Positions 36,146 through 44,990 are shown, counted from the stretch's first letter. The stretch: 61,018 nucleotides of DNA from a virus (IMGVR_UViG_3300009506_000029:1-61018); one strand, 5' to 3'. Notes: generated by a model from the letters alone, not told the origin. Made by a program: numbers and translations.

Positions 36146-36463
36146 ATGCTCATTTGGAGCGTCAAGCCCAAGCTCGATCGCACAGTGAAATATCACCTCG
36201 CCCACGGTCTGCGCAGAGCCAGCGTGCGCACCTGGCACCTGGCTCTGCTGCTGGATATGTTGGACCGGTCCCGGCTTGATGCGGCTGTGCACGGGATGCT
36301 TAGACGAGACCTGGCAACAAAGATCGCAAGAGACGCCAGCCGTCTTGAGCACATTCGCCGTACGGCTCTGTCCGCTATTGCCAGATCCGCCGACACGGCC
36401 GATCTGCTCGATGCTTTGCGCCAGATCGCGGCCATAGCCGACCTCGACACTGATAAGCATTAG
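36146..36463 (+). CDS. Hypothetical protein
   Basis: GGAGGT RBS. Confidence 0.6.
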   Translation: MLIWSVKPKLDRTVKYHLAHGLRRASVRTWHLALLLDMLDRSRLDAAVHGMLRRDLATKIARDASRLEHIRRTALSAIARSADTADLLDALRQIAAIADLDTDKH

Positions 36464-36479
36464 GAACACAAGCTGAATG

Positions 36480-36510
36480 TCTCTAATTTCCTATCCGCCT
36501 ATGCGTTATA
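36480..36510 (+). promoter_or_regulatory. Putative phage-sigma promoter 4
   Basis: TCTCTAA-N17-CGTTATA. Confidence 0.75.
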
Positions 36511-36538
36511 TGTGCAACTACCATAGGAGGGACTTACA

Positions 36539-38113
36539 ATGAAGGTGAACAAGTTGACTGCTATCCAACAGCTCGATGTGTTTATCCGCGCTCGATACCC
36601 GGTGATCTGGATCGTCACGCAGGAGGAGAGCCGCGTCGAGTCCGCCGTTCTCGGTCTGCTGGCAACCGGCAAGCACCACCACAAAGAGGCCCTTACCTGG
36701 ACCATCAGCCGGGGCGTGCGGCTGGCCAGCGCGCCCGGCGAGGAGTATGGGCCGCAGGACCCGATCAGCGCGCTCCAATGGTTCGGCACCTACGGGGCTA
36801 CCGAGGACCAGCCCGCCGGCACGCCGGCCGTGGCCATTTTCAAAGACCTCGATCCCTATTTTCAGGACCCGCGCGTGGTGCGGGCGCTGCGAGACGTGAT
36901 TACCGACATCACCAGCACCCAGCGTACACTGATCGTCATCGCGCCGGCGCTGCAGGTCCCCGAGTCCTGCAAACGCCAGGTTGCAGTGATCGATTGGTCG
37001 CTTCCCACCGTCGACGAGCTGGCCGGCATGCTGGACGACTTTATCACCGATCTGCCCACCGCGGTCGAGTGCAGCCTCAACGGCGAGCGCGAGCAGATTG
37101 CCAAGGCTCTCTGCGGCCTGACCTGGTTTCAGGCCCAGTCCGTGCTGGCCACCGCCGTGATTGCCACTGGACGACTGGACGGCGCCGCCGTTGACTTTAT
37201 CATCACAGAGAAGGCGCGGCTCGTCCGGGAGAGCGGCCTACTCGAGTTCTTTCAGCCCGAAGGTCTCCCCGAGATCGGCGGTCTGGACGTGCTCAAAGCG
37301 TACCTGGCCCGCCGGCGCCGGTCTTTCACAGATCAGGCGCGCGCGTACGGTGTTCCGACACCCAAGGGCCTGCTCCTTGTTGGCGTCCCCGGGTGCGGCA
37401 AGTCCCTGGCTTGCAAGTCGCTGGCCAAGCTCTGGCGGTTGCCTTTGATCCGCCTCGACGTCGGCGCGTTGATGGGTTCGCTTGTTGGTCAGTCCGAGGC
37501 GAACCTCCGCCAGGCGCTGCAGGTCGCGGAATCATCCAGCCCTTGCATCCTCTGGCTGGACGAGATCGAAAAAGGCCTCGCCGGCGTCAAGTCGAGCGGC
37601 AGCACGGACGGCGGCACGACGGCCAGGGTCTTTGGAACACTCCTGACCTGGCTGCAGGAAAAGACCGCGCCGGTCTACGTGGTAGCCACCAGCAACGACA
37701 TCAGCGCGCTGCCGGCTGAACTGCTGCGCGCGGGGCGGTTCGACGAGACATTTTTCGTCGACCTGCCGACGGCCGACGAGCGCCGCGAGATCTGGACCAT
37801 CCATATCGCAAAGGCCAATCGCGACCCCGCCGGCTTTGATCTGGAGGCGCTCGTGCAGGTCTCCGACGGTTACAACGGCGCGGAGATCGAAACCGCGGTG
37901 GGGGATGCGCTGATCAAGGGGTTTGACGAGGACCGCGAGATTGTAACAGATGATCTGGCCATTGCCATCACCGGGCGTGTACCGTTGACCAAGACGATGG
38001 AAGAGCAGATTGTCGCGCTGCGCAGATGGGCTGCTCACCGCGCCAAACCGGCCAGCCGGCCCCAGGTGGCCCAGGCTGAAGCCAAGAGCCGGGCCGCGAC
38101 GCTGGATCTGTAG
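36539..38113 (+). CDS. Ycf46-like AAA+ ATPase
   Basis: IRARYPVIWIVTQEESR N-domain; GVPGCGKSL, LWLDEIEKG, ATSND, PAELLRAGRFDE. Confidence 0.92.
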   Translation: MKVNKLTAIQQLDVFIRARYPVIWIVTQEESRVESAVLGLLATGKHHHKEALTWTISRGVRLASAPGEEYGPQDPISALQWFGTYGATEDQPAGTPAVAIFKDLDPYFQDPRVVRALRDVITDITSTQRTLIVIAPALQVPESCKRQVAVIDWSLPTVDELAGMLDDFITDLPTAVECSLNGEREQIAKALCGLTWFQAQSVLATAVIATGRLDGAAVDFIITEKARLVRESGLLEFFQPEGLPEIGGLDVLKAYLARRRRSFTDQARAYGVPTPKGLLLVGVPGCGKSLACKSLAKLWRLPLIRLDVGALMGSLVGQSEANLRQALQVAESSSPCILWLDEIEKGLAGVKSSGSTDGGTTARVFGTLLTWLQEKTAPVYVVATSNDISALPAELLRAGRFDETFFVDLPTADERREIWTIHIAKANRDPAGFDLEALVQVSDGYNGAEIETAVGDALIKGFDEDREIVTDDLAIAITGRVPLTKTMEEQIVALRRWAAHRAKPASRPQVAQAEAKSRAATLDL

Positions 38114-38116
38114 AGA

Positions 38117-38160
38117 TCTCTAATTTTGGTCTGCCCCATACGTTATAGGGGCAGACCAAA
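38117..38160 (+). promoter_or_regulatory. Putative phage-sigma promoter 5 embedded in a 13-bp inverted repeat
   Basis: TCTCTAA-N17-CGTTATA; TTTGGTCTGCCCC...GGGGCAGACCAAA flanks the -10. Confidence 0.75.
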
Positions 38161-38173
38161 CCAGGAGGATCAC

Positions 38174-38584
38174 GTGAGCAACTATCGCAAACTCAAAACA
38201 CAGTACACCAGCCGCGTGCACCTGCGCGCCGCGCTCCAGGCCACCGGCGTTATTTTTGAGGAAGTTCGACCGGGACAGACAGAGTCAACTCTCTATGGCT
38301 ACGAGAACGACGAACGCTCAGAGACCGCGACCTTTGTCGTTCGTCGCGATCAGATCGGGCGCCTGTCCAATGACATCGGCTGGCACTGGGACGGATCGCA
38401 GTTTGTCGAGATCGTCAGCGAGTGGGATCACCACGTGAGCAAGTGCTCAGAGATTCGCCAGACCGTGCGCCGCGAGTACGCCTACGCTGCGACCGTGTCG
38501 CAGGCGCAAGCCAAAGGCTACCGGACCGAGCGGATCGACCTTCCCACCGGCGTCATCCAGATCAAGGTCACAGGGAGGATCTAA
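38174..38584 (+). CDS. DUF1257 (Ycf35-like) protein
   Basis: MSNY..LKTQ...L.AAL, LYGY, NDIGW...F..I.SEWD, EYA, AQAKGY; GTG at 38174 with AGGAGG RBS. Confidence 0.8.
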   Translation: MSNYRKLKTQYTSRVHLRAALQATGVIFEEVRPGQTESTLYGYENDERSETATFVVRRDQIGRLSNDIGWHWDGSQFVEIVSEWDHHVSKCSEIRQTVRREYAYAATVSQAQAKGYRTERIDLPTGVIQIKVTGRI

Positions 38585-38808
38585 TGCAAGAGTTCACACT
38601 GACCATCACGATTAGCGCAGATGGCGAGACCGTCGAGGGCGAGGTGTCTGGTATCAAGGGCAAGCGGTGCTCCGACGTCGCCGCGCTCTTGGACAAGGTG
38701 GGCGAGGAGACCGAGCACCGCCACACCGCGGACTATGACGCGCCCGAGCCGGTGCAGCTCCACATCGGATCGGCGGCCGGCACGTTGAGCCTCGGGCGGG
38801 GCGGGTAG
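38584..38808 (+). CDS. DUF2997 protein
   Basis: ITISADGETV..EV.GIKG..C...T.DY; coupled to DUF1257. Confidence 0.78.
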   Translation: MQEFTLTITISADGETVEGEVSGIKGKRCSDVAALLDKVGEETEHRHTADYDAPEPVQLHIGSAAGTLSLGRGG

Positions 38809-38812
38809 GCCC

Positions 38813-39046
38813 ATGCCGCCCCGCCTTGCCGACCTCAAAGCCCAGGCCCAGGAGCACTACCGCGCGCCGCTGCACTGGATCGATGCGACGCCGACGCACG
38901 CCTGGGCCGACGTCGACCATCACGTCGTCAGTGTGATGGTCGACCCGCCCGAGGGGCAGCCGCATATCGTTATCATCCGCGGCCGGCACACCGAGCCGCT
39001 CAAGCCGACGCTGGAGACAGCGCGACAGCTCGCTTTCAAGTTGTAG
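38813..39046 (+). CDS. Small hypothetical protein
   Basis: ORF within the operon. Confidence 0.5.
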   Translation: MPPRLADLKAQAQEHYRAPLHWIDATPTHAWADVDHHVVSVMVDPPEGQPHIVIIRGRHTEPLKPTLETARQLAFKL

Positions 39047-39073
39047 ACGTGGGGGGAGGAAAAAGGAGTTTCG

Positions 39074-39355
39074 ATGGTTGTCGAATGGAGCACGTTTGTT
39101 CACCAACCCACGCCTGTGCAGGCCTTTCAGTGGGACGGCAGTTGTATCCCGCCCGATGCCTTTTCCCCAGAGGACCGGGCGCGGTTCGGGCTCAAGGTCG
39201 TCGGACACAAGTTGTCCATCATGACCCGGCGCGGCCTGGCCTATGCAGATGCCGGGGATTGGATCGTGTTCGATACGAGCCGCGGTGAGGTATGGCCGAT
39301 CAAGCCCGATACATTCGGAAAGGTGTATACGTGCACACAACAAGCGATTCGCTAG
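39074..39355 (+). CDS. Common small phage protein (PGDYG-like)
   Basis: VQAFQWDG...ADAGDWIV...GEVWPIKPDTFGKVY. Confidence 0.7.
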   Translation: MVVEWSTFVHQPTPVQAFQWDGSCIPPDAFSPEDRARFGLKVVGHKLSIMTRRGLAYADAGDWIVFDTSRGEVWPIKPDTFGKVYTCTQQAIR

Positions 39356-39822
39356 CCTACATCCCTCGTCACGCAGACTTGCCGCCACGTACCATCGTCC
39401 TGCCGGCCTGGCTGACCCCGGCCTTTGCTGCCCGGTGGCTGAAAGCCGGCGACCTCGCTGAGCACCCGCGTGGCGGCCAGTCGTACAGCCAGCTCGAGCG
39501 CTACCGGGCCATTGCCGCCGGCGTGGATTGGAGTCCTCGGCGCAGATGCCAGCTTACCTGGCAAGAGCCTTACACCGGCCACTATCTGGCCGATCTGGTC
39601 GCAGAGGCCGAGGCAGAGAAAGCAGCCGACGACGCCGAGCGTGGCGCTCCTGGAAACGATAACGGCCACGATCCCCGGCTCGCGTTCTGGCATATCGCCA
39701 AACGCGCGATCGCAGACGGCGACTTGTCCCCGAGAACCGTCAACGCCCTCGCCCGCCAGGCGCACGATCGAGATGGGTGGGGGAGTGCACTGGAGCAGCT
39801 CAGAGAGAGAGTGCAGAAATGA
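39292..39822 (+). CDS. Hypothetical protein (true start probably further downstream)
   Basis: ORF coupled to the rusA-like start. Confidence 0.5.
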   Translation: MADQARYIRKGVYVHTTSDSLAYIPRHADLPPRTIVLPAWLTPAFAARWLKAGDLAEHPRGGQSYSQLERYRAIAAGVDWSPRRRCQLTWQEPYTGHYLADLVAEAEAEKAADDAERGAPGNDNGHDPRLAFWHIAKRAIADGDLSPRTVNALARQAHDRDGWGSALEQLRERVQK

Positions 39823-40196
39823 CTCCGATCCGGCTCTCTATCTCTGGTCAGCCACCGCGAAAAAGCAACAGCCGGCGCATCGTGCGCGACGCCCGCAGTG
39901 ATCGCCCGCGTGTGATCAAGAGCGCGAAGGCGATCGAATGGACGCTCTCCGCCTTGTGCCAGATCCCGGATGATGCCAGGCTGCAAGTTGGCAGTCCAGA
40001 CCGACCACTCGCAATCACGTTCTGGGTCCGCTACGCCTCGCGCCGGCCCGATCTCTCCGTCGAGCTGATCCTCGACACGCTGCAAAAGGCCGGCGTGATC
40101 GCCGACGATCGCTATGTGTTCGAGACCCACGCCTACAAGGAAATCGACCGCGAGAACCCTGGCGTGGAGGTCCTGATCGAGGAGGCTCAACTATGA
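39819..40196 (+). CDS. rusA: RusA-like Holliday junction resolvase
   Basis: GQPPRKSN, RRPDL, DTLQKAGVIADDRYV, NPGVEVLI. Confidence 0.8.
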   Translation: MTPIRLSISGQPPRKSNSRRIVRDARSDRPRVIKSAKAIEWTLSALCQIPDDARLQVGSPDRPLAITFWVRYASRRPDLSVELILDTLQKAGVIADDRYVFETHAYKEIDRENPGVEVLIEEAQL

Positions 40197-40402
40197 CGAT
40201 CCGTGTGATGGTAATGCTGGTTGCACTTGGCGCGCTCTACCTGCTCCTCTTTCTTGGCCTGTGCGTGCTGCTCTACATCCTGGCCTACGGCCTGGCGCTG
40301 TGGTGTGTCCAGCAAGATACCGACCGCGCCGAGCGCGAGCTGGAGCAGCGCTTTGACCGCGACCTCGACGGCTGGATCGCCGAGTTGGGCGTCGAGGATT
40401 AG
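40193..40402 (+). CDS. Small TM protein
   Basis: GGAGG RBS; hydrophobic N-terminus. Confidence 0.55.
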   Translation: MTIRVMVMLVALGALYLLLFLGLCVLLYILAYGLALWCVQQDTDRAERELEQRFDRDLDGWIAELGVED

Positions 40403-40429
40403 ATTAGAATTATGATCCTAATGCAGATG
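40402..40429 (-). promoter_or_regulatory. 28-bp dispersed motif copy
   Basis: Reverse complement CATCTGCATTAGGATCATAATTCTAATC. Confidence 0.75.
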
Positions 40430-40440
40430 CGGAGGCGGTA

Positions 40441-40761
40441 ATGACGTTTGAGGAATGGTTGGAGACGGATACAGGTAAGACATTGCAGGCGTTACAGCAC
40501 AGTTGGTCGGGCATGGTGGAGGAGTTGCATACCGTGTTTGGCCAGTGGATGATGGAGACAACCCAGAAGCTGGTGCCAGCGATGCGTGGCCTGGCGGAGG
40601 CGTTTGAGCGGATGAAAGCCGAGACTCGCTCTTTTGCTTATGGCACATTGAGACGATACGGGGTACCGCACTGGATGGCACGGTTGGCAGCAAGGGCCAT
40701 GCCGTTTGATTTGGCGTGGCGATTGGCTGAGAAGGCGTCCGCTAGTAGGAGTAGACAATGA
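40441..40761 (+). CDS. Hypothetical protein
   Basis: GGAGG RBS. Confidence 0.65.
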   Translation: MTFEEWLETDTGKTLQALQHSWSGMVEELHTVFGQWMMETTQKLVPAMRGLAEAFERMKAETRSFAYGTLRRYGVPHWMARLAARAMPFDLAWRLAEKASASRSRQ

Positions 40762-41201
40762 ACAGAATGAGAATCAGCTTTGATCTTGATCGCTGGCTTG
40801 ACATTGTTCGCCAGGCATTCCCACAGGTGAACCGTGAACAAACCAAAGTCGTGTACGTGGATCAGATAGAATGTCGGTTCGCCGTGGTTCCGCCCGTACT
40901 GGTTACATCGGCCTATGATGAGGTGCGCCGCCGCCCAGGATGGCGCGCGCGGCTATTGCGCATCGGCGGCGAATTATTCGGCGTGCGCAAATGGTATGAT
41001 CGCGGAATGGCAATCAAGCACATACCAGAGATGTACTATCGCGAGCGCACGATTGAACTCCGCTCATTTGCTGGTCCTGCGAATGCGTGTGGTTTAGGCA
41101 TGCCAGGAGAGCAAGCTGTGATCTGTATGGGCTATGATGCCGAGACAGACACGCTTCTGGTCAACCGTGAGAGAACATACATCTATGGCGGCCTAATCTG
41201 A
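40758..41201 (+). CDS. Hypothetical protein
   Basis: AGGAG RBS; ATGA coupling. Confidence 0.65.
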   Translation: MNRMRISFDLDRWLDIVRQAFPQVNREQTKVVYVDQIECRFAVVPPVLVTSAYDEVRRRPGWRARLLRIGGELFGVRKWYDRGMAIKHIPEMYYRERTIELRSFAGPANACGLGMPGEQAVICMGYDAETDTLLVNRERTYIYGGLI

Positions 41202-41402
41202 TGAACACCACCGAACCGATCCAAGCTGTCACCGTGGGCTACTTTGTCGGCGACGAGCAGCCGACGTATGCAGAGATGGCCGCAGAAACGCCGCGTGCGT
41301 ATATGCGGGTGTGGTGCGCACGGAATGGGATTGAGGGGGAGAGGGAAGCGGCGTGATGGATTCCGCTAATGTGGACACGCGGCATAGCCGCAGAAAGGCA
41401 AA

Positions 41403-41648
41403 GTGATGGACGAGGAATTGCAAGTCAGGTTACACATTGAGGAAAGCAATGAGATTCGCTCTATCTCTATCAGCGCGAACATACTGTTTTTGCTCATCGA
41501 ATCCGGCACCAATGATCTGTATGCTGCGCAAGAGGTGGCTGAGCGAGAGGACCGTGGTCGAGCTATCCGCAACGGCCAGAACGTGATGGCATGGCTGAGG
41601 CCCATCGATCCCGGTGATGCAGAGATTTCAGATGCAGATCAGGATTAG
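41403..41648 (+). CDS. Hypothetical protein (cassette 1)
   Basis: Flanked by dif-like sites at 41360 and 41655. Confidence 0.55.
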   Translation: MMDEELQVRLHIEESNEIRSISISANILFLLIESGTNDLYAAQEVAEREDRGRAIRNGQNVMAWLRPIDPGDAEISDADQD

Positions 41649-41659
41649 CCAAGAGTTCC

Positions 41660-41690
41660 GATAAGTTGACTACTCGGCAGTAGTCAACGA
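41660..41690. repeat. 31-bp palindromic repeat, copy 1
   Basis: GATAAGTTGACTACTCGGCAGTAGTCAACGA, identical to 42344-42374. Confidence 0.9.
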
Positions 41691-41766
41691 TTGAACGAAT
41701 GATGCTCTTGTACGGTGCGGAACAGGATCGAGGCGGTTCCGCTAATGTGGATACTAGGAGGCGACG

Positions 41767-42345
41767 ATGACTAAAATATACGCCCAGTTGCCACCAAATG
41801 TGACGGATCCAGTGGAGACGCGTGCTTGCTATAGGCATCGGCGTGATGCTAGTCGAGATAGCTTTTTGGCGTTGCCCTGGCGATTGGAAGATATGGTTGG
41901 CTCAATCTGGCGAAACATCTGGACTGGTGGTGTCTTTGAATGTCAGCATGTAGATGTAGAAGATCCGGTGCATCGGCCAACAGAATCTGTAAAGATGCTT
42001 GGGACCTGGACGCACATTTCGCTCCAGTATCCTGGGTATCTTGGGCTGTGGTGGTCACCTGATCGCTATGTAATTGACTATGCTGCTCGAGTAGACCATT
42101 TGCCACCATTGGTCTCTCTGTCTTGGATGTATGTCGAGCTATTGCATGTGCGGGAGAACATTGCTCAACACGAAGCTGAGTTGGTGAGAGATGCGAATGT
42201 CTACAGGCAAAGGACGCTGGAGCGTGATCGGTCAGAGGAGAGTCTGCTGCTGGAATCGATCCAGCGATTCGCCGGCAAGCACGCTCTGCCTGTGAGAACT
42301 GATATTCTGAATCTTGGACACGTGGGCCAATTGGCTTTGTTCTGA
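41767..42345 (+). CDS. Hypothetical protein (cassette 2)
   Basis: AGGAGG RBS lies inside the left site and the stop codon inside the right site. Confidence 0.65.
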   Translation: MTKIYAQLPPNVTDPVETRACYRHRRDASRDSFLALPWRLEDMVGSIWRNIWTGGVFECQHVDVEDPVHRPTESVKMLGTWTHISLQYPGYLGLWWSPDRYVIDYAARVDHLPPLVSLSWMYVELLHVRENIAQHEAELVRDANVYRQRTLERDRSEESLLLESIQRFAGKHALPVRTDILNLGHVGQLALF

Positions 42346-42374
42346 TAAGTTGACTACTCGGCAGTAGTCAACGA
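42344..42374. repeat. 31-bp palindromic repeat, copy 2
   Basis: Identical to 41660-41690. Confidence 0.9.
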
Positions 42375-42517
42375 AACCGGCAGCGCGATACTCCAGGGTG
42401 GGGGAGGGCGCACCAGCACGCGAGACATATCTCTATGTCCGATAACAAACGTTACCGGACATAGACGAAACAGGCCGATACAGCCCTCCCCCACTGCCGG
42501 AAGCGCCAGATCAAAGG

Positions 42518-43009
42518 ATGGTTTCTGACGTGGTCAGCAACGTGCTCTTTAGCTCTAACGATCAAGGCCTTGAAACGCCCCAGTGGTTGTTTGATTTGTT
42601 GGACGCTGAATACAAGTTCACACTCGACGTCTGTGCAACGAAAAAAACCGCGAAGTGCTGGAACTACTATACTCCAGCCGATAACGGGCTTCGGCGTAGA
42701 TGGGAGGGTTCTGTTTGGTGCAATCCTCCCTACGGTCGAGATATTGGATTGTGGACCGCGCGCGCCGTCCACCAGATCCACTACAAGCGCCTCCAGAGAG
42801 CCGTGTTTCTTTTGCCTGTGCGGACTGATACCAGATGGTGGCACGATACAGTGATGCACGGCGCAAAAGTGCTACGGTTCATTGATGGGAGGCTGCGCTT
42901 TGTCGGCACAAAGGGCTCCGCGCCATTTCCCAGCGTGATCGTGGTCTATAGCCACGGCCTGTACCCGCTCCACATCGGGCCGTCTATCTCTGCACGCGGC
43001 CGGCATTAG
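42518..43009 (+). CDS. Phage DNA N6-adenine methyltransferase (phage Dam-type)
   Basis: ETPQWLF, FTLDVCA, NGL, WCNPPYG, LLPVRTDTRWW. Confidence 0.9.
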   Translation: MVSDVVSNVLFSSNDQGLETPQWLFDLLDAEYKFTLDVCATKKTAKCWNYYTPADNGLRRRWEGSVWCNPPYGRDIGLWTARAVHQIHYKRLQRAVFLLPVRTDTRWWHDTVMHGAKVLRFIDGRLRFVGTKGSAPFPSVIVVYSHGLYPLHIGPSISARGRH

Positions 43010-43031
43010 ACTTATGATCACAGGCACAATC
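43004..43031 (-). promoter_or_regulatory. 28-bp dispersed motif copy at the early/late convergence point
   Basis: Reverse complement GATTGTGCCTGTGATCATAAGTCTAATG. Confidence 0.6.
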
Positions 43032-43037
43032 CAGCCT

Positions 43038-43781
43038 CTACTCTACCACCCACCGCAGGCCGCGCAGCACCTCTCGCAGCGCGGCCTTTACCGTTTCTAT
43101 GTCGCATCCCTCGCCGCACTGTTGGCAATCCTCGCATTCTGGACACTCGCCGCCCACCTCGACGCGCTCGAGCGCGCAGTTGTCCACGTATGCCGCATTG
43201 TTCTTGACTGGATAGTTTGGCACGCTGCCCACGGCCACGCGCACGCGATCGCTCCACGCTTGGAACACGACCTCGACCTGGTGCCACTGCCGATAGGATG
43301 CCCACGGTTGTTGTTGCCCCCAGATCATCGTAGAATCGAACACGCCGGCATTCCAGGGGTTTGCGCCCACCCGCACGGCGAGCTGCCCGTCCGGTTCTGA
43401 GATCGCGTACGCCTGGCACGAGAACCGATACCACGCGCCGGCCTCGACGTTGACGGTCTGGTGGATTGCGGCATAGTGGCGGGCAAACGTGGTAAACCAT
43501 CGCTGTGACTTGCCCGAGACGACGATCTGCTGCTCTGGCTTGAACTCTGGACGGTAGCACGGTGCTCGGCACCAGCGGTCATCCCCGCTCATATAGCTGT
43601 AGTCCCAGCCCGTCGCAACCTCGACCTCTTGGGCCTCGCGTACCGTAAAGCCTCCGTCAAAGTTCGCGTTTTGCAGGACCGGCCCCGATTGTGCCCAGCT
43701 CTGCGGCAAAGACACGCAGCACACCAGCAACGTTACCAAGAGAATCGAGAAACGGACGCCTTTTGCTGTAATCCTGTTCAT
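43038..43781 (-). CDS. Secreted carbohydrate-binding (galactose-binding-fold-like) protein
   Basis: Signal peptide ending SWA-Q; LQNANFDG...GW...YVDNCAL; Cys-rich tail. Confidence 0.7.
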   Translation of the reverse strand: MNRITAKGVRFSILLVTLLVCCVSLPQSWAQSGPVLQNANFDGGFTVREAQEVEVATGWDYSYMSGDDRWCRAPCYRPEFKPEQQIVVSGKSQRWFTTFARHYAAIHQTVNVEAGAWYRFSCQAYAISEPDGQLAVRVGANPWNAGVFDSTMIWGQQQPWASYRQWHQVEVVFQAWSDRVRVAVGSVPNYPVKNNAAYVDNCALERVEVGGECPECEDCQQCGEGCDIETVKAALREVLRGLRWVVE

Positions 43782-43920
43782 AGCTCGCTCCTAGCTTGTT
43801 GCACGCCGCACACTTGTAGAGATGCGCCGTACCTTGCTCATTGGTCACCGTAAGCACCAGCAGCACAGCACCGCCGCATGTGCAGCGGTCGCCTGTTTTG
43901 CGGCCGTGATGGGTAATCAC
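43657..43920 (-). CDS. Small Cys-containing hypothetical protein (3' end overlaps the next gene; uncertain)
   Basis: GTGA coupling; CTC...CAAC. Confidence 0.3.
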   Translation of the reverse strand: MITHHGRKTGDRCTCGGAVLLVLTVTNEQGTAHLYKCAACNKLGASYEQDYSKRRPFLDSLGNVAGVLRVFAAELGTIGAGPAKREL

Positions 43921-44990
43921 TGCTCGCCTAGTAGCGCTCTGCCAGCAAACTCGATCCGGTCTGCCAGGCTCGCCGCCGTCGCCTCGAGCTGCCGTATCCG
44001 CGCTTCTGTCTGCGCCACCTGCACCTCCAACAGCGCCAGCCGCGTGTCTCGTTCCGTTTCCTCGTCCGGCTCCGTTGGCTGTTCAGGTTCTGTAACTGGC
44101 GGCTGCGTCAGATGCAGCTCGACGGCATGCATAAAGTCCGCAATAACCGCCGGCTTGTCCTTGATGATCCACTTGTCCGTCTGCCACCGATAGAGCGCGA
44201 GGCACGAGATTGGCCGATCTGAGTGCGAATCGTTCCAATCCGCGATCTCTAAGTATGCCTCGACCACAAACTCTGTATCGACGTCCGTCCACGCGCCGCC
44301 CGCGTTAAACTCTGTGATGTAGACGGGCTTGCCTCTGTGCGCCGGCGCGATCGCGTTCATCCAGTCCCTGTAACAGCGAAACCCGTTGTGGTACTGATTG
44401 AACGCCTCTCCCGGCTTGCCCATCCGGTCCTCGCTGGTCACCGCGGCCGGCGTCTGTGCTCGTGCGTAGGCGTGCAAGGCAAAGCCATCTATATGCGCCG
44501 GCAGGTAGGATTGCACGTCGCGGAAATACTGCACCCAGTCGCCCGACTCGTTGTCTTGGTACGTGGTCTGGTTGTTGTACGGGGCGATCGCGGCCAGCAG
44601 CACCTCGTCTTGCTCGTGGTCCGGCAGCGCGTGGATCGCATTCCGACACATGCTGTAACACTGTGCGTACTGGCCTGGCAGAATAGGCTTGCCGTCTGGA
44701 CGCTCTTGGCTGTGGTTCGGCTCATTGCCGATGATCCACCGCGAGCAGTTCTTGCTTGCCGCGACAAAGTTCGCAACGCGCGCGGAAAACGAGCCGTACC
44801 ACGCCTCGTTTGGAATCGTACCCGCTTTTCCGTATCCGTTGTTTAGCCGCACGATCGGCATCTGTCGCAGCTCGCTGTAATCCGCTCCGCCTTTGTCGTT
44901 CGGACTGTGGCCGATGCCCTCCGTCAATACTACATAGCCCGGCGGATAGTCCAGATCGTTTTTGCCATGAATGGCGTAAAGAGCGATCAT
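43917..44990 (-). CDS. Clan GH-A glycoside hydrolase-like protein (candidate endolysin) with C-terminal coiled coil
   Basis: PIVRL, IIGNEPN (acid/base), FALHAY, PVYITEFN (nucleophile), LYRW; ATG at 44990 with GGAGG RBS. Confidence 0.75.
   Translation of the reverse strand: MIALYAIHGKNDLDYPPGYVVLTEGIGHSPNDKGGADYSELRQMPIVRLNNGYGKAGTIPNEAWYGSFSARVANFVAASKNCSRWIIGNEPNHSQERPDGKPILPGQYAQCYSMCRNAIHALPDHEQDEVLLAAIAPYNNQTTYQDNESGDWVQYFRDVQSYLPAHIDGFALHAYARAQTPAAVTSEDRMGKPGEAFNQYHNGFRCYRDWMNAIAPAHRGKPVYITEFNAGGAWTDVDTEFVVEAYLEIADWNDSHSDRPISCLALYRWQTDKWIIKDKPAVIADFMHAVELHLTQPPVTEPEQPTEPDEETERDTRLALLEVQVAQTEARIRQLEATAASLADRIEFAGRALLGEQ

Noticed and set aside
41655-42374. CRISPR mini-array
   Set aside because: Only two copies, about 650 bp apart with a gene between them; no spacer-sized intervals and no cas genes.
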